This document shows, piece by piece, positions 9,118 through 22,318 of a DNA stretch of 64,000 nt. The notes below the pieces were generated by a model that did no database searches, was not told the DNA's origin, and saw nothing but the letters and a program-made list of their open reading frames with translations. The stretch is from an uncultured delta proteobacterium (GTDB lineage Bacteria; Myxococcota_A; Polyangia; Polyangiales; Polyangiaceae), in the NCBI GenBank assembly GCA_963696385.1, contig CAVOKF010000004.1, forward strand, positions 256,001 to 320,000. The letters run 5' to 3'. The translations under genes and the position numbers were made by a program. Each line of letters starts with the position of its first letter. The stretch's first letter is position 1.

Positions 9118-10218
9118 ATGCGGTCTCTGGCCGTTCGGTCTCTCGGCGTGCGCGGATTTCGAAACCTAACGAGCGTCGACATCGAACTCGGCGCCCGCTT
9201 CAACGTGGTGTCCGGGGAAAACGGGCAGGGCAAGACGAATCTGCTGGAATCGGTGTACGTGGTTGCGACGTCGAGAAGCTATCGGACGTCGAGGTTGGCG
9301 GATCTCATCTCGTTGGGTGGCGAAATTGCCAGCTTGCGCGCCCGCATCGATGAAGATCGTGAGCTACGCGATCAGACCGTCGGTCTGCGTGCCGGCGTGC
9401 GAGCCGTTCGCATCGACGGGCGGCGCCCCCCTACGCTCGCGGCTTATGCCGTTAGGACGCCAACGGTCGTGTTTCATCCAGGTGCCGTCGCGCTGGTGGC
9501 AGGGACGGGCGGAGAGCGACGCAAGCTGCTCGATCGTGTCGCGCTGTATCTTTTTCCCGGGTCGATGGGGGATTCCGTAGCGTATGCGGAGGCGCTCCGT
9601 GCTCGGCAGCGTGTTCTCGAAGCTCGGGGCGAGTCGGCGCCGGATCTCGACGGGTGGGAAGATCTCCTGGTCCGACATGGATTCGCGTTGATGGCGGCAC
9701 GGTCGATCGCGGCCGACAGACTTCTGCCGGCCGCGCTCGCGGCATTCTCCCGAATGGGTGCCCCGGGGCTGCGATTGGCGGCACGGTACGCGTGCTCGTG
9801 TCCGGATACGCCGGAGCACTATCGCGAGTCGCTGTTGCGCCAGCGCTCCCGCGACCGCGCCCGCGGATCCGCCTCGACCGGTCCGCATCGAGACGATCTG
9901 GCCTTGACGCTCGGCGACCACCCGGTGCGCAGCATGGCGTCTCAGGGGCAGCAGCGCGCCGTCGTGCTGGCTCTTCAGCTGGGCGAGATCTCGGTGATCT
10001 CGTCGGTCACGGGGATGCGCCCCATCTTGCTCATGGACGACGTTTCCAGCGAACTCGATCGCCGGACAACGGTTCGTTTGTTCGACACCCTTCGCGAAGA
10101 ACCAGGGCAGATTGTCCTCACGACGACGCGTCCCGAGGTCATCGATGCCGCGGGACTGCTGGCCGGAGAGGCCCGCGTCGATTTCGTCGTCGTGGAAGGA
10201 CACATCGCCCGACGGTAG
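9118..10218 (+). CDS. recF: DNA replication/repair protein RecF
   Basis: GENGQGKTNLLE, GPHRDDL, ASQGQQR, LLMDDVSSELD; lies between dnaN and gyrB. Confidence 0.97.
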   Translation: MRSLAVRSLGVRGFRNLTSVDIELGARFNVVSGENGQGKTNLLESVYVVATSRSYRTSRLADLISLGGEIASLRARIDEDRELRDQTVGLRAGVRAVRIDGRRPPTLAAYAVRTPTVVFHPGAVALVAGTGGERRKLLDRVALYLFPGSMGDSVAYAEALRARQRVLEARGESAPDLDGWEDLLVRHGFALMAARSIAADRLLPAALAAFSRMGAPGLRLAARYACSCPDTPEHYRESLLRQRSRDRARGSASTGPHRDDLALTLGDHPVRSMASQGQQRAVVLALQLGEISVISSVTGMRPILLMDDVSSELDRRTTVRLFDTLREEPGQIVLTTTRPEVIDAAGLLAGEARVDFVVVEGHIARR

Positions 10219-10381
10219 CGAATAGGTGGGAAGGCTCGCGCGGGCGACCCACCGATCCGGGCTTGGGGCTTGGCTCTAGGCGCCGGGGCGCCGGAACCGG
10301 CTGCCGAAACGGATGGGATAGCGTACCCGCTAGGTTTGTTGTAAGTTACTGAAATATATAAGAAATTAGCTTATGTTTTGG

Positions 10382-10410
10382 TTGCACAAAGGGAGTCTGC
10401 GACGTATACT
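10382..10410 (+). promoter_or_regulatory. sigma70-type promoter for gyrB
   Basis: TTGCAC-17 bp-TATACT preceded by an AT-rich tract (10331-10381). Confidence 0.65.
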
Positions 10411-10558
10411 GCCTGACGTCCGGGCCGCGCCGGGCGGTGCACTCCGACACTTGGCCGAAATCGACGAGATCTTCGGTTCACGGCGCGGCATAGCTGCCTG
10501 AATTATGCCTGGGCACCTCGCGCGACCGGCGCGCTGTGCTCCTAAGGACGCGACGTAA

Positions 10559-13042
<2,484 letters not shown>

Positions 13043-13311
13043 CGGCCCCGTTGCGGCCGCGGCCGTCGCAGGGCATGCGCGGGCGAAGTGCACGATCGGC
13101 CCGGAACGAAAGCGGGGCGACCGCGGCGACGGAGGCCGCTGCCATTTCGCAGGCGAGCTTTGCGCGGCGCAGCTCTTGCAAAGCACGAACGGCGATTTAG
13201 CTTCGTGGTGGTAAGGGCGGTCCGAGAGCCCGCGTGCGGCGCGCAAGCCGCGAGAGCTTGCGGCAACGAGTGCGCGGGAAGACAGTGGGCGGCGCCCCGG
13301 GAGGAATCGCG

Positions 13312-15927
13312 ATGCGTCCTGAACGGATGACGACGAAGAGCCGAGAGGCGTTTCAAGGTGGGATCGATCGGGCTTCGCGCTTCGGCAATCCGGAGTTGCA
13401 ACCGGAGCACTGGTTGGCCGCGATGCTGGACCAGGACGGAGGGGTGGCGGCCCCTCTGCTTCAAAAGGCGGGTGTCGACGTCCCGGCGCTGCGCGACTCG
13501 ATCAGCAAGCGAATCGAGGGCTTCCCGCGCGTAAGCGGGGGTGCACAGCCTGCGCTTTCGCGTCGATCGCTCGAACTCGTTCGGCGCGCGGACGACGAGG
13601 CAAAAAAGCTCAAAGACGAGTACGTGTCGGTGGAGCATTACGTGCTCGCCGCGGCACAACACGATCGCGACACGATGAGCCTCTTCGAGCAACACGGGGG
13701 GGTCAACTACGAGAAGCTGCTCGCCGCACTCGCCACTGTACGCGGCGCCCAGCGCATCACCGACCCCGATCCCGAACAGAAGTTCCAGGCGCTCGAGAAG
13801 TACTGCCGGGACCTGACCGAGGCTGCGAGGGCCGGTAAGACCGATCCCGTGATCGGGCGCGACGAGGAGATCCGGCGCGTCATGCAGGTTCTCTCGCGAC
13901 GAACGAAGAACAATCCCGTGCTGATCGGTGAGCCGGGTGTCGGCAAGACGGCCATTGTCGAAGGGATTGCCCAACGAATCGTTCGGGGTGACGTTCCCGA
14001 GTCGATCAAGGACAAACGACTGTGCGCGCTCGACATGGGGGCGCTCGTCGCTGGGTCGAAGTATCGCGGCGAGTTCGAGGACCGCCTCAAGGCTGTGCTC
14101 AAGGAGATCGAGGCCTCGCACGGCAAAATCATCCTATTCATCGACGAGCTTCATACGATCGTCGGCGCTGGCGCGGCCGAAGGGGCCATGGACGCCGCGA
14201 ATCTGCTGAAACCGGCACTCGCCCGCGGCGAGCTACGCTGCATCGGCGCGACGACGCTCGACGAGTATCGCAAGCGGATCGAGAAGGACGCCGCCTTGGA
14301 GCGGCGGTTTCAGCCTGTCTTCGTCTCGCAGCCGACTGTCGCAGACACGATTGCGATCCTGCGCGGGCTCAAGGAGCGCTATGAGGTGCACCACGGCATT
14401 CGAATTCAGGACGCCGCGCTGGTCGCAGCCGCCACCCTGAGCGACCGCTACGTGCCGGACCGATTCCTGCCGGACAAGGCCATCGACTTGGTCGATGAGG
14501 CCGCCGCGAAAATCAAAATGGAAGTCGACAGCATGCCGGCCGAGATCGACGCGTTGCAGCGCCGGCTGATGCAGCTCCAGATCGAGCAGCAGGCGCTCAA
14601 AAAGGAGCGCGATCCGGCGAGCAAGGTTCGGGTCGAGGAAGTGGCGCGGCAAATCGCGGAGATCGAGGAGAGTGCGCGCGGGATGCGTGCCCAGTGGCTC
14701 CGCGAGAAAGAGATCATCGATCAAATTCGCAAGGCGCAACCGGAGGTCGAGCGGCTGCGCCATGAAGCCGAGCAGGCGCAACGGCGCGGCGATCTCGGCC
14801 GCGCCGCCGAGATTAGTTACGGCAAGATCCCGGAACTCGAGAAAAGGATCGACGAGTCCCGAAAGGCACTCGCAAAAGTCCAGGACAAGACGAGCTACCT
14901 GCGCGAAGAAGTGACCGAGCAGGACGTCGCCGGAGTCGTGTCGAAGTGGACCGGGATTCCGATCACGAAAATGATGCAAGGCGAGATGCACAAGCTTCTC
15001 CACATGGAAGAGGACTTGAAGCGGCGCGTCGTCGGGCAGGACGCGGCGGTCGAAATCGTGGCGAACGCCGTGAGACGATCGAGGGCGGGTCTCGGGGACC
15101 CCCATCGACCCATCGGCAGCTTTCTGTTTCTGGGCCCGACGGGCGTCGGCAAGACCGAGCTCGCGCGCGCTCTCGCCGAATTTCTGTTCGACGACGAGCG
15201 AGCGATGATTCGGTTGGACATGAGCGAGTACATGGAGAAGCACGCGGTCGCGCGGCTCATCGGTGCGCCCCCGGGCTACGTCGGCTACGAGGAGGGCGGG
15301 CAGTTGACCGAGCCGGTGCGCCGACGCCCCTACTCGGTCGTGCTGTTCGACGAAGTGGAAAAGGCCCACGGTGACGTGTGGAACGCGTTGCTGCAAGTGC
15401 TCGACGACGGGCGGCTGACCGACGGTCAAGGTCGAACGGTGGACTTCAAGAACACCGTCATCATTTTGACGAGCAACATTGGGTCGGCGCAGATCCGAGC
15501 GATCGACGAGCGGCCGGGGCTGACTGTCGCGAATCGGCGCGATCTCGTCGTACAAGCTGTTCTGGACGAGGTTCGCAAGGTGTTCCGCCCCGAGTTTCTC
15601 AATCGCTTGGACGAGGCCGTCGTCTTCAATCAGCTCGATCCGTCGCAAATCCGCTACATCGTGGACATTCAGCTGAGTCGGTTCGAAGCGCGGCTCGCGC
15701 GCCGCGATTTGTCCCTGGAGGTCACGGACCGAGCCAAGGACTACCTGGCTCGCGAGGGATGGGATCCGCAATATGGCGCGCGACCCCTGAAGCGAGCGAT
15801 CCAGCACGCACTGGAAGACCCCATGGCGCGCAAGGTTCTGGGCGGCGAGTTTCCGCCGGGGACACGCGTCATCGTAGACGTCGGCGCCAGCGGCGATTTG
15901 TCTTTCACGGCGCGAATGCAAAACTGA
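13312..15927 (+). CDS. clpB: ATP-dependent chaperone ClpB
   Basis: two AAA+ modules ([18 protein letters not shown]), long coiled-coil middle domain; GGAGG RBS before ATG 13312. Confidence 0.97.
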   Translation: MRPERMTTKSREAFQGGIDRASRFGNPELQPEHWLAAMLDQDGGVAAPLLQKAGVDVPALRDSISKRIEGFPRVSGGAQPALSRRSLELVRRADDEAKKLKDEYVSVEHYVLAAAQHDRDTMSLFEQHGGVNYEKLLAALATVRGAQRITDPDPEQKFQALEKYCRDLTEAARAGKTDPVIGRDEEIRRVMQVLSRRTKNNPVLIGEPGVGKTAIVEGIAQRIVRGDVPESIKDKRLCALDMGALVAGSKYRGEFEDRLKAVLKEIEASHGKIILFIDELHTIVGAGAAEGAMDAANLLKPALARGELRCIGATTLDEYRKRIEKDAALERRFQPVFVSQPTVADTIAILRGLKERYEVHHGIRIQDAALVAAATLSDRYVPDRFLPDKAIDLVDEAAAKIKMEVDSMPAEIDALQRRLMQLQIEQQALKKERDPASKVRVEEVARQIAEIEESARGMRAQWLREKEIIDQIRKAQPEVERLRHEAEQAQRRGDLGRAAEISYGKIPELEKRIDESRKALAKVQDKTSYLREEVTEQDVAGVVSKWTGIPITKMMQGEMHKLLHMEEDLKRRVVGQDAAVEIVANAVRRSRAGLGDPHRPIGSFLFLGPTGVGKTELARALAEFLFDDERAMIRLDMSEYMEKHAVARLIGAPPGYVGYEEGGQLTEPVRRRPYSVVLFDEVEKAHGDVWNALLQVLDDGRLTDGQGRTVDFKNTVIILTSNIGSAQIRAIDERPGLTVANRRDLVVQAVLDEVRKVFRPEFLNRLDEAVVFNQLDPSQIRYIVDIQLSRFEARLARRDLSLEVTDRAKDYLAREGWDPQYGARPLKRAIQHALEDPMARKVLGGEFPPGTRVIVDVGASGDLSFTARMQN

Positions 15928-16295
15928 TCGAGCTCGACCGAGGACGAGCTTCGGGATGGCGGGCTGGTGGGCGGTGGCCGACGGCGCCACGGCATCCGCC
16001 CAGTGGCCGGTAGGGCCACTGGGCGCTGGCGCGACTCGGCCGGCAGGGACGTCGCATGGCCAAATTGTGCCACCGTCTTGCCGACGGGGCCGTGGTGTCC
16101 CGCTGCGTCCGGCGGTCGACACTCTGGCGGGGTTTGGACAGGGCCGGGGACGCCCCGGAAAACTCAGCAGTTCCCGGATGTTTTGCGGTGTCCTCGGGGA
16201 AGGCTGCGCCCGTCGACGGCCGTCCGGGAACAATTCGCACGCCACACCCGTCGAGAAATGGCGGGTTTGCTGCCGCGTCGCGCGGCCCCGACGGC

Positions 16296-16311
16296 TGGCA
16301 TGAATCTAGCA
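16296..16311 (+). promoter_or_regulatory. sigma54 (-24/-12) promoter
   Basis: TGGCATG-AATC-TAGCA versus consensus TGGCACG-N4-TTGCW, 18 bp before ATG 16330, with ~370 bp non-coding DNA upstream. Confidence 0.65.
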
Positions 16312-16329
16312 TATAGTAGCGGCGTTCCC

Positions 16330-16806
16330 ATGATAAGGGCCAAGAGACTGTCCACCCGAAGTGTTCGCTCCGCGGCCGCGGGATCGTGGATCGCATTGGT
16401 TGCGGCGACGACGCTCGGCGACGCTGCCGACGCGGTCCGCGCGAAGGTGCGGGCGGACGGCCTGTCGGCGGGTCGCGTGTATCGTCTGGTCGTGCAGTCG
16501 TACGACCGGCAGGCCGGAGAGAATCCTCGAAAATACGCACGGCCGATCGGAAGCGTGCAGCGCTCCGTGACGGCCGATGAGTTGCGCGATGGCGTGCATG
16601 TCAGCTTGGTCGAGTTTCGACAAAAGATCGCGGACGGCGCTGCGGGTGATCCGCTGATTCTGGCCTGGATCGACGTCGGCGAGCCGGATCTCGAGTTCGA
16701 CGGGCGCATGGCACGTCCGCGGGCCGGAAGCGTTTACGGTGTCGTAAAGCGGTCGGCGGGACACGATGTCGTCCAGATCAGCCTCAACCGAAAAGTGGCT
16801 ACATAG
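16330..16806 (+). CDS. hypothetical protein
   Basis: protein-like composition (RVYRLVVQSYD...GVHVSLVE...LAWIDVGEPDLEFDG); follows the sigma54 motif; 6 bp from trxC. Confidence 0.65.
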   Translation: MIRAKRLSTRSVRSAAAGSWIALVAATTLGDAADAVRAKVRADGLSAGRVYRLVVQSYDRQAGENPRKYARPIGSVQRSVTADELRDGVHVSLVEFRQKIADGAAGDPLILAWIDVGEPDLEFDGRMARPRAGSVYGVVKRSAGHDVVQISLNRKVAT

Positions 16807-16812
16807 CTTCCG

Positions 16813-17235
16813 ATGATCATCGCATGCTCGTCGTGCGGCAGGCCGAACCGACTGCCTGCCACTCGCCTGCTGGATAGGGCGGTCTGCGCCGCGTGCAAGG
16901 CTTCGCTCCTTCCCCGGACACAGCCGACTTCGGTCGCCAGCGCGCAGGACTTCGATGAACTCATCCGTGATGCGCCGGCGCCCGTCCTCGTCGACTTCTG
17001 GGCGGCCTGGTGCGGGCCGTGCCGTACCGTGGCGCCCGAGATCGAAAAGGTGGCGCTGCAGCGCGCGGGCGAGATCATCGTGGCCAAGGTCGATACCGAG
17101 TCTTTGCCCGACGTGGCGTCGCGCTTCGGGATCCGGAGCATTCCGACGATGATCGTGTTCCGTGGCGGGAAGGAGGCGCAACGCCTGAGTGGCGCCATGC
17201 CCGCGAGCGCGATCCTGGCGGAATTGTCGCTCTGA
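16813..17235 (+). CDS. trxC: thioredoxin 2 with N-terminal zinc finger
   Basis: CSSCGRPNR...CAACK plus VDFWAAWCGPC and IRSIPT. Confidence 0.93.
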   Translation: MIIACSSCGRPNRLPATRLLDRAVCAACKASLLPRTQPTSVASAQDFDELIRDAPAPVLVDFWAAWCGPCRTVAPEIEKVALQRAGEIIVAKVDTESLPDVASRFGIRSIPTMIVFRGGKEAQRLSGAMPASAILAELSL

Positions 17236-17293
17236 GAGACGTCGTGGGGCGACGGGGGGCCGACCGAAAAACCGGGGCGCAGGCCAGGATCGC

Positions 17294-19483
17294 CTACGCG
17301 GCGTGGGAGCCGGTGCGCCGAAGGCTTCGAATGTCGCGGATGCGTCGTTCGAAGGCGCGGCGGTCGTGCTCGGTCAACACGACCCCCCCGAATCGGGCTT
17401 CGAGATAGACGCGTGTGAGCGACGCGATTTCGTCGCCGAGCGGATGGTGCCGCATACGGAGCTCTTCGGCATGCCGGAGCGGGGGCACCGAAGGAGATCG
17501 GGTGATCCCATGGAGATTGAGCGCAGACTCGAGGGCGCGAAACAAGGCCACCACGGATTGGGCGCGTGCGTCGGTCGGCCCGACCATCGGTGGCTTTTCG
17601 TTCGAGCGTTCGGACCGCTGTCGAGTCCTCTTCCAGATGGCGTACCCGGCCACGAGGAGGGCCAGCACGAGCGCGGCCATCATGGGGCCACGCGTCAGGC
17701 GGTCGAGAAGGCCTTTGTCCATGCCGGCCCGGGCGCGCAGCCGCTCGTAGCGGCGGGTGAAGTCCTCGATAAGCCGCACTTGCTTGTGCAAGTCGTAGCC
17801 CACGACGTACGTGTTCCAGCGCTGCGACATCGCTTCGACGAAATCGCGAACGTAATAGTACGCGCCGTCGGGGGGCTCGAGCGGCTGGGCGCCCGCCGCG
17901 GGAGTGGGGTCGAACGTGCGCCAGGTCGGACGGATCGGATCGTCCGAATACGCCTCGACCCAAGAATGGGCATCGCCTTCGCGCACCGCATAATACCGGC
18001 CAAAACGGTTCCACGTCCCGCCGACGAATCCGGTGACGTTCCGAGAGGGAATGCCGATGGATCGAAGCATGACGGCCATGGCGGTCGAAAAGAACTCGCA
18101 GTGTCCGCGTCGTGACTCGAACAGAAAATGGTCGATCGGCTGCGGCTTTCCCGAAGACGGGGAATGCAGATCGTAAGCGAATTCGCGCCGCAGGTGCTGT
18201 TCGATGACCATGGCCTTCGCATCGTTGGTCGCGAGACCGTCGGTCCAGCGATGCGCGAGCTCGGCGACTCGGGCGGGCAGATCGGGTGGCAGTTGCAGGT
18301 ATCGCGGCAATTCCGATGGCGACAGGCGCTCGACAATCGTCTCGTCGTCGGATGCGAGGTACACGTCGTAGCGTAGGCCGCGCTGGTCGGCGCCCGCGTA
18401 CCGGAGTTCGCCTTCGGATCCTCGCTGGATCGTGAGGGAGTCTCCGAGCGCAAACGCGGTGGGGGCGCGGAGGCGCAGCGCGACCGCGCGCGGGGGCAGA
18501 AAGATGACGGGAGGATCGATGGGCTCCAAGTCGAACGAGACGACTCGATCGCGCGCCACGGCCGGGGCACGCGGAATCGGCACCCAGTCGCCGGAGTCGA
18601 GCGCACGGTCGCCTGTGCGCGTCGCGTCGCGTTGAGTCCTAGCCCAGGCATGCCCGTCGTAGCCGTCGAATGCCGTGCCACGCAGCCGGAGGGTCAATCG
18701 GGTCGGGGGCGGATCGGGTAGGTCCGCGACTTCGAAGCGCAGTGCGATGGTGGGGTCGTCGCGCAGGACGCCGACGTCTCCGAGGTCGACGTGCTCGGAA
18801 AATCCAATCATTCGTCCCGAATGCGAGTGGCTCAAAAGAAGCAAAGACAGTCCGATGCGCGGAAACAAGAGAAATAGAGTCGTCGTAAAGACAAGAATGG
18901 GAACGGAAAGCAGGCAAGTCGCGACCAAGAATCCGCGTCCGACGACGCGCCGGCTACGCAGGATGCGCGGCACGTCGACCGGTAGCCCGGTTCGGTCCCG
19001 CGCGCCCTGACGGTAGTTGCCCTCGACCTCCCGACGGAGATGGCTCAACACGAGGGCGCCGGGAGCGACTACGAGAAATCCGAGAAAACAGAGTCCGTAG
19101 GTGAGACCTCCGCCCAGAACGGTCCCGGCGACGAAGTGAAGCATCGCAAGCACGATGATCTGCTGGTCGTGGGCGGCACCCCGGCGGGTCGCGACGCGCA
19201 CGATCTGCAGCAGCGCAGCAAATTCGACAGCCACGTCGAGCGGGGAGCGCCCGACAGCCAATCGCGCTCCCTCCACCAAAAGAAGGGCCACCGGAGCGAG
19301 GGTCGCGAAGTGGCGGAGCGCGGGGCGTCCTTGCCAGCGCTCCGGGATCGCGATGGCGATCGCGAGGCCCGCGACGAGGGTGAGATTCGTCCAGCCACTG
19401 AGCGACGCCGTGCTCACCACGGCCAATACGCCGAGGGCCGCGAGCGCGTCGGTGAGGATGCGGTGCACGAGTCCAAACCTCAT
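17294..19483 (-). CDS. transglutaminase-like membrane protein (TgpA/DUF3488 family)
   Basis: N-terminal TMs, LFPR, GFSEHVDLG, LRGTAFDGYDG, GHCEFFSTAM, HSWVE, FDPTP; the real start is MRFGLVHR within the longer ORF. Confidence 0.9.
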   Translation of the reverse strand: MRFGLVHRILTDALAALGVLAVVSTASLSGWTNLTLVAGLAIAIAIPERWQGRPALRHFATLAPVALLLVEGARLAVGRSPLDVAVEFAALLQIVRVATRRGAAHDQQIIVLAMLHFVAGTVLGGGLTYGLCFLGFLVVAPGALVLSHLRREVEGNYRQGARDRTGLPVDVPRILRSRRVVGRGFLVATCLLSVPILVFTTTLFLLFPRIGLSLLLLSHSHSGRMIGFSEHVDLGDVGVLRDDPTIALRFEVADLPDPPPTRLTLRLRGTAFDGYDGHAWARTQRDATRTGDRALDSGDWVPIPRAPAVARDRVVSFDLEPIDPPVIFLPPRAVALRLRAPTAFALGDSLTIQRGSEGELRYAGADQRGLRYDVYLASDDETIVERLSPSELPRYLQLPPDLPARVAELAHRWTDGLATNDAKAMVIEQHLRREFAYDLHSPSSGKPQPIDHFLFESRRGHCEFFSTAMAVMLRSIGIPSRNVTGFVGGTWNRFGRYYAVREGDAHSWVEAYSDDPIRPTWRTFDPTPAAGAQPLEPPDGAYYYVRDFVEAMSQRWNTYVVGYDLHKQVRLIEDFTRRYERLRARAGMDKGLLDRLTRGPMMAALVLALLVAGYAIWKRTRQRSERSNEKPPMVGPTDARAQSVVALFRALESALNLHGITRSPSVPPLRHAEELRMRHHPLGDEIASLTRVYLEARFGGVVLTEHDRRAFERRIRDIRSLRRTGSHAA

Positions 19484-20524
19484 TGGGCGGCCTCCGGCGC
19501 CTGGGATCGCGGGCGGTCGCGCGCCGCGACGGGTTCGATGAGAGCCAGGCACCGAAGTAGGGGGTCGGCTCCGACCATGCAATCCGCGCGTGTGACCCCT
19601 CCGCCGGTCATGAACACGGCGACGCGGTCGCCCCGCTTGATGTGGGCGACGGCTCGCGATGCGATGTCGCGGATGCGTCGTTCGAAAGTGGCGGCCCATT
19701 CGTCGCCCGTACCGGCAGGCTGTACGGTGTCGAGGGTCAGGGTTACGTCGGGCCGGGTCTCGCGTGCGCGTTCGCGCATGACCATTTGCCCGACGGCGGC
19801 GGTTTTTCTCCAATGGACGTCGCGCGGGTCTTCGCCGGGGCGCATCAGTTTCAAACCGAGAAAGTCGTGTCCATGACCCCGGCCGACCACATGGTCCGCC
19901 CCCGCCGTGCGTCCGCCGGAAGGTTGCGCGATCTGGACGGAGTCGACGGCGGGATAGATGACGAGTTCGCCTGCGGCGGGGACTTCGCGGGATTTCTCGA
20001 ACAGCCCGAAGGGAAACCGCGTCGCGATACGAAAGCCTGCATGCACGTCGCGTCCCCGCCGTACAGGGGTCCTGCGGTAGGCGGCCACTTGCGTGGATTT
20101 CAGGGCTGATCTTGAGAAAGAAGCAGCGCTTGTCGGCGGGCTGGCCGGCACGAAGGTCCTCGACCTCAATCGCGTAGGAGGGAATCCGCGCCTTGTGGTT
20201 GAAAACCTCGATCTCCACGAGGTGTGCGCGTCCGACTTGCGCTCGGAGGGGCAGGCGCCGCACGACGGTCAGGTCGCGAAGGGATAGCTCGCTCATGATG
20301 CCGCTCACCACGATGAGCGCGAGCAACATCCCGAGCAGCAGATAAAGAAGGTTGTTTGCTGTGTTGATCGCAGCGAATCCGACCCCCAGTGTAATACCGA
20401 CGAAGAACTTGCCTTCCCGCGTGAATTTCAGCCGACGCGGCGGGCGCATGCGCGCGCGCCACATGGCGAGCCATTGCGCGATTGCGCTCGAGGACAAGCC
20501 CTTGTGCCAAGGTCGGTTCCACAC
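19480..20524 (-). pseudogene. DUF58 protein, frameshifted near 20102 (real or sequencing error)
   Basis: N half (TREGKFF...AAINTANNLLYLL...FFLKISP) and C half (TRFPFGLFEK...VIYP...RPGEDPRDVHWRKTA) lie in different frames; standard position between moxR and the transglutaminase. Confidence 0.85.
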
Positions 20525-20528
20525 GGGA

Positions 20529-21491
20529 TCAAAGTGGGACGGGGATGCGCCCGATGACTTCGCGCAGCGCCCCCTCGGCTTCGTCGCGCGTGGGCACGAA
20601 CCCGTCGGCTTGCGTCGCCAAACGCACCCGATGCGACAAGACGGGGATGGCCAAGTCGTGGATATCGTCCGCGATGCAATAGTGCCGGCCGCGCAGCAGG
20701 GCGCGGCCCCGCGCCGCATGGCCGAGCGCCATGGCCGCGCGCGTGGAGGCTCCCAACGACAGAAGGGGCGAAGTCCGTGTCGCTGTGATGAGCGCGTGCA
20801 GATAGTTGGCGAGAGACGTGTCGATCGTGACGCGCTCGACTTCGCGCTGCAGGGCGACCAGCCGCGCCGGATCGAGCACACACGGCACGTCGCGCGCCGT
20901 ATCGGTGTGTCCGTCCAGTACCAATCGCATCTCGACTTGCGGGGGCGGGTAGCCGATGCGGACTCTCAGCAAGAATCGGTCGAGCTGCGACTCCGGAAGG
21001 GGGAAGGTCCCTGCGAAATCTTGAGGGTTTTGAGTGGCGATGACGAAGAAGGGGTCGGGCAGCGGAATGGTCTGCCCGTCGAGAGAAACTTGCCCTTCGT
21101 TCATGGCCTCGAGGAGCGCTGACTGCGTCCGGGGGCTGGCGCGGTTGATCTCGTCGGCCAGGAGAATGTTGGCGAAGATGGGTCCGTGACGCAGGACGAA
21201 TTCCCCGCTTCGCTGGTCGTAGACGCTGACCCCGAGAACGTCGCTTGGAAGGAGATCGCTTGTAAACTGCACGCGCCGCAGATCGCCTCCGACGGCCTTG
21301 GCCAGTGCCCGCGCGAGCGTCGTTTTGCCGACCCCCGGTACGTCCTCGATGAGCAGGTGACCGCGAGCCAACAGCGCGACGAGGGCGAGCTCGACGGCGT
21401 CGTGCTTTCCTTCGAGAGCCGTCTCGACCGCCTGGCGCAGCGTTTGGAGCGCAGGCAGCTCCTCTGCGATGCGGGCGGCAACGGCCGTCAT
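20529..21491 (-). CDS. moxR: MoxR-family AAA+ ATPase
   Basis: HLLIEDVPGVGKT, RVQFTSDLLPSDV, LADEINRA, ATQNP, FPLPESQLDRF. Confidence 0.95.
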   Translation of the reverse strand: MTAVAARIAEELPALQTLRQAVETALEGKHDAVELALVALLARGHLLIEDVPGVGKTTLARALAKAVGGDLRRVQFTSDLLPSDVLGVSVYDQRSGEFVLRHGPIFANILLADEINRASPRTQSALLEAMNEGQVSLDGQTIPLPDPFFVIATQNPQDFAGTFPLPESQLDRFLLRVRIGYPPPQVEMRLVLDGHTDTARDVPCVLDPARLVALQREVERVTIDTSLANYLHALITATRTSPLLSLGASTRAAMALGHAARGRALLRGRHYCIADDIHDLAIPVLSHRVRLATQADGFVPTRDEAEGALREVIGRIPVPL

Positions 21492-21599
21492 GGTTTGCAG
21501 ACTAGCACGCCGGGGCCATAGGGTGCGCGGCAGCGCTTGGGGCGCAAGAGGCTGTTGCCGCCGCGCGTGCCCGTGCCGTACGCAGTGCTACGGGTACGC

Positions 21600-22235
21600 G
21601 TGATCGACGTTCGAAATGTCACCAAGACGTATGGTCCTGTGCGCGCACTCGTCGGCGTGAACTGGCAGGTCGAGGAGCAGAGCATCGGCATCGTTCGAGG
21701 ACCGAATGGGTCCGGCAAATCCACGCTGCTTTCCATTCTAGGAACGTTGGCGCGTCCAACCTCGGGCCGCGTCGATCACGGTGCGCTCGGGCGCACCCAT
21801 CGCGATGTGCGGCGCAGTCTGGGTTGGCTAGGGCACGACTCGCTCTGCTATCCGGACCTCACAGGGCGAGAGAATATCGAACTCGCGGCCCGCCTGTACG
21901 GCTGTGACGCGAAGACGGCGTTCAGCCGCGCCGCGCTCCGCTTCGATCTCGAGGGATTTGCAAACCGGCCCTTTCGCACGTATTCGCGCGGTCAGCGGCA
22001 GCGCGTTGCGCTCGCGCGCGCCCTGGTGCACGCCCCTCGCCTGCTCTTATTGGACGAGCCCACGTCGGGCTTGGACGCGTCGTCGGCCGATCGCTTGGCC
22101 GCGGTCTTGGGCGAGGAAGTGGAGGCGGGGGCCACGATCGTAGTCGTCACCCACGATCTGGGTTTTGGCGAAGCCCTGGTCGCGCTTGGGGCCGCGACGC
22201 TGACGCTCCGGCGAGGTCGGGTTGTGGCGGAGTGA
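21600..22235 (+). CDS. ABC ATP-binding protein, CcmA (heme exporter)-like
   Basis: GPNGSGKST, GWLGHDSLCYPDLTGREN, YSRGQRQRVALARAL, LLLDEP; single short NBD with no permease next to it. Confidence 0.75.
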   Translation: MIDVRNVTKTYGPVRALVGVNWQVEEQSIGIVRGPNGSGKSTLLSILGTLARPTSGRVDHGALGRTHRDVRRSLGWLGHDSLCYPDLTGRENIELAARLYGCDAKTAFSRAALRFDLEGFANRPFRTYSRGQRQRVALARALVHAPRLLLLDEPTSGLDASSADRLAAVLGEEVEAGATIVVVTHDLGFGEALVALGAATLTLRRGRVVAE

Positions 22236-22318
22236 TTGGAGCGGACGGCGACCGCGACAACCGCGACGCCGACCGGCACGGCAACGCCGGCCGTCGCCGC
22301 GTCCCAGACCGCTCGGGT

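Noticed and set aside
17294..20881. 1195-aa single protein
   Set aside because: Composite of off-frame moxR sequence, the DUF58 N half, off-frame sequence and the real transglutaminase starting at 19483.
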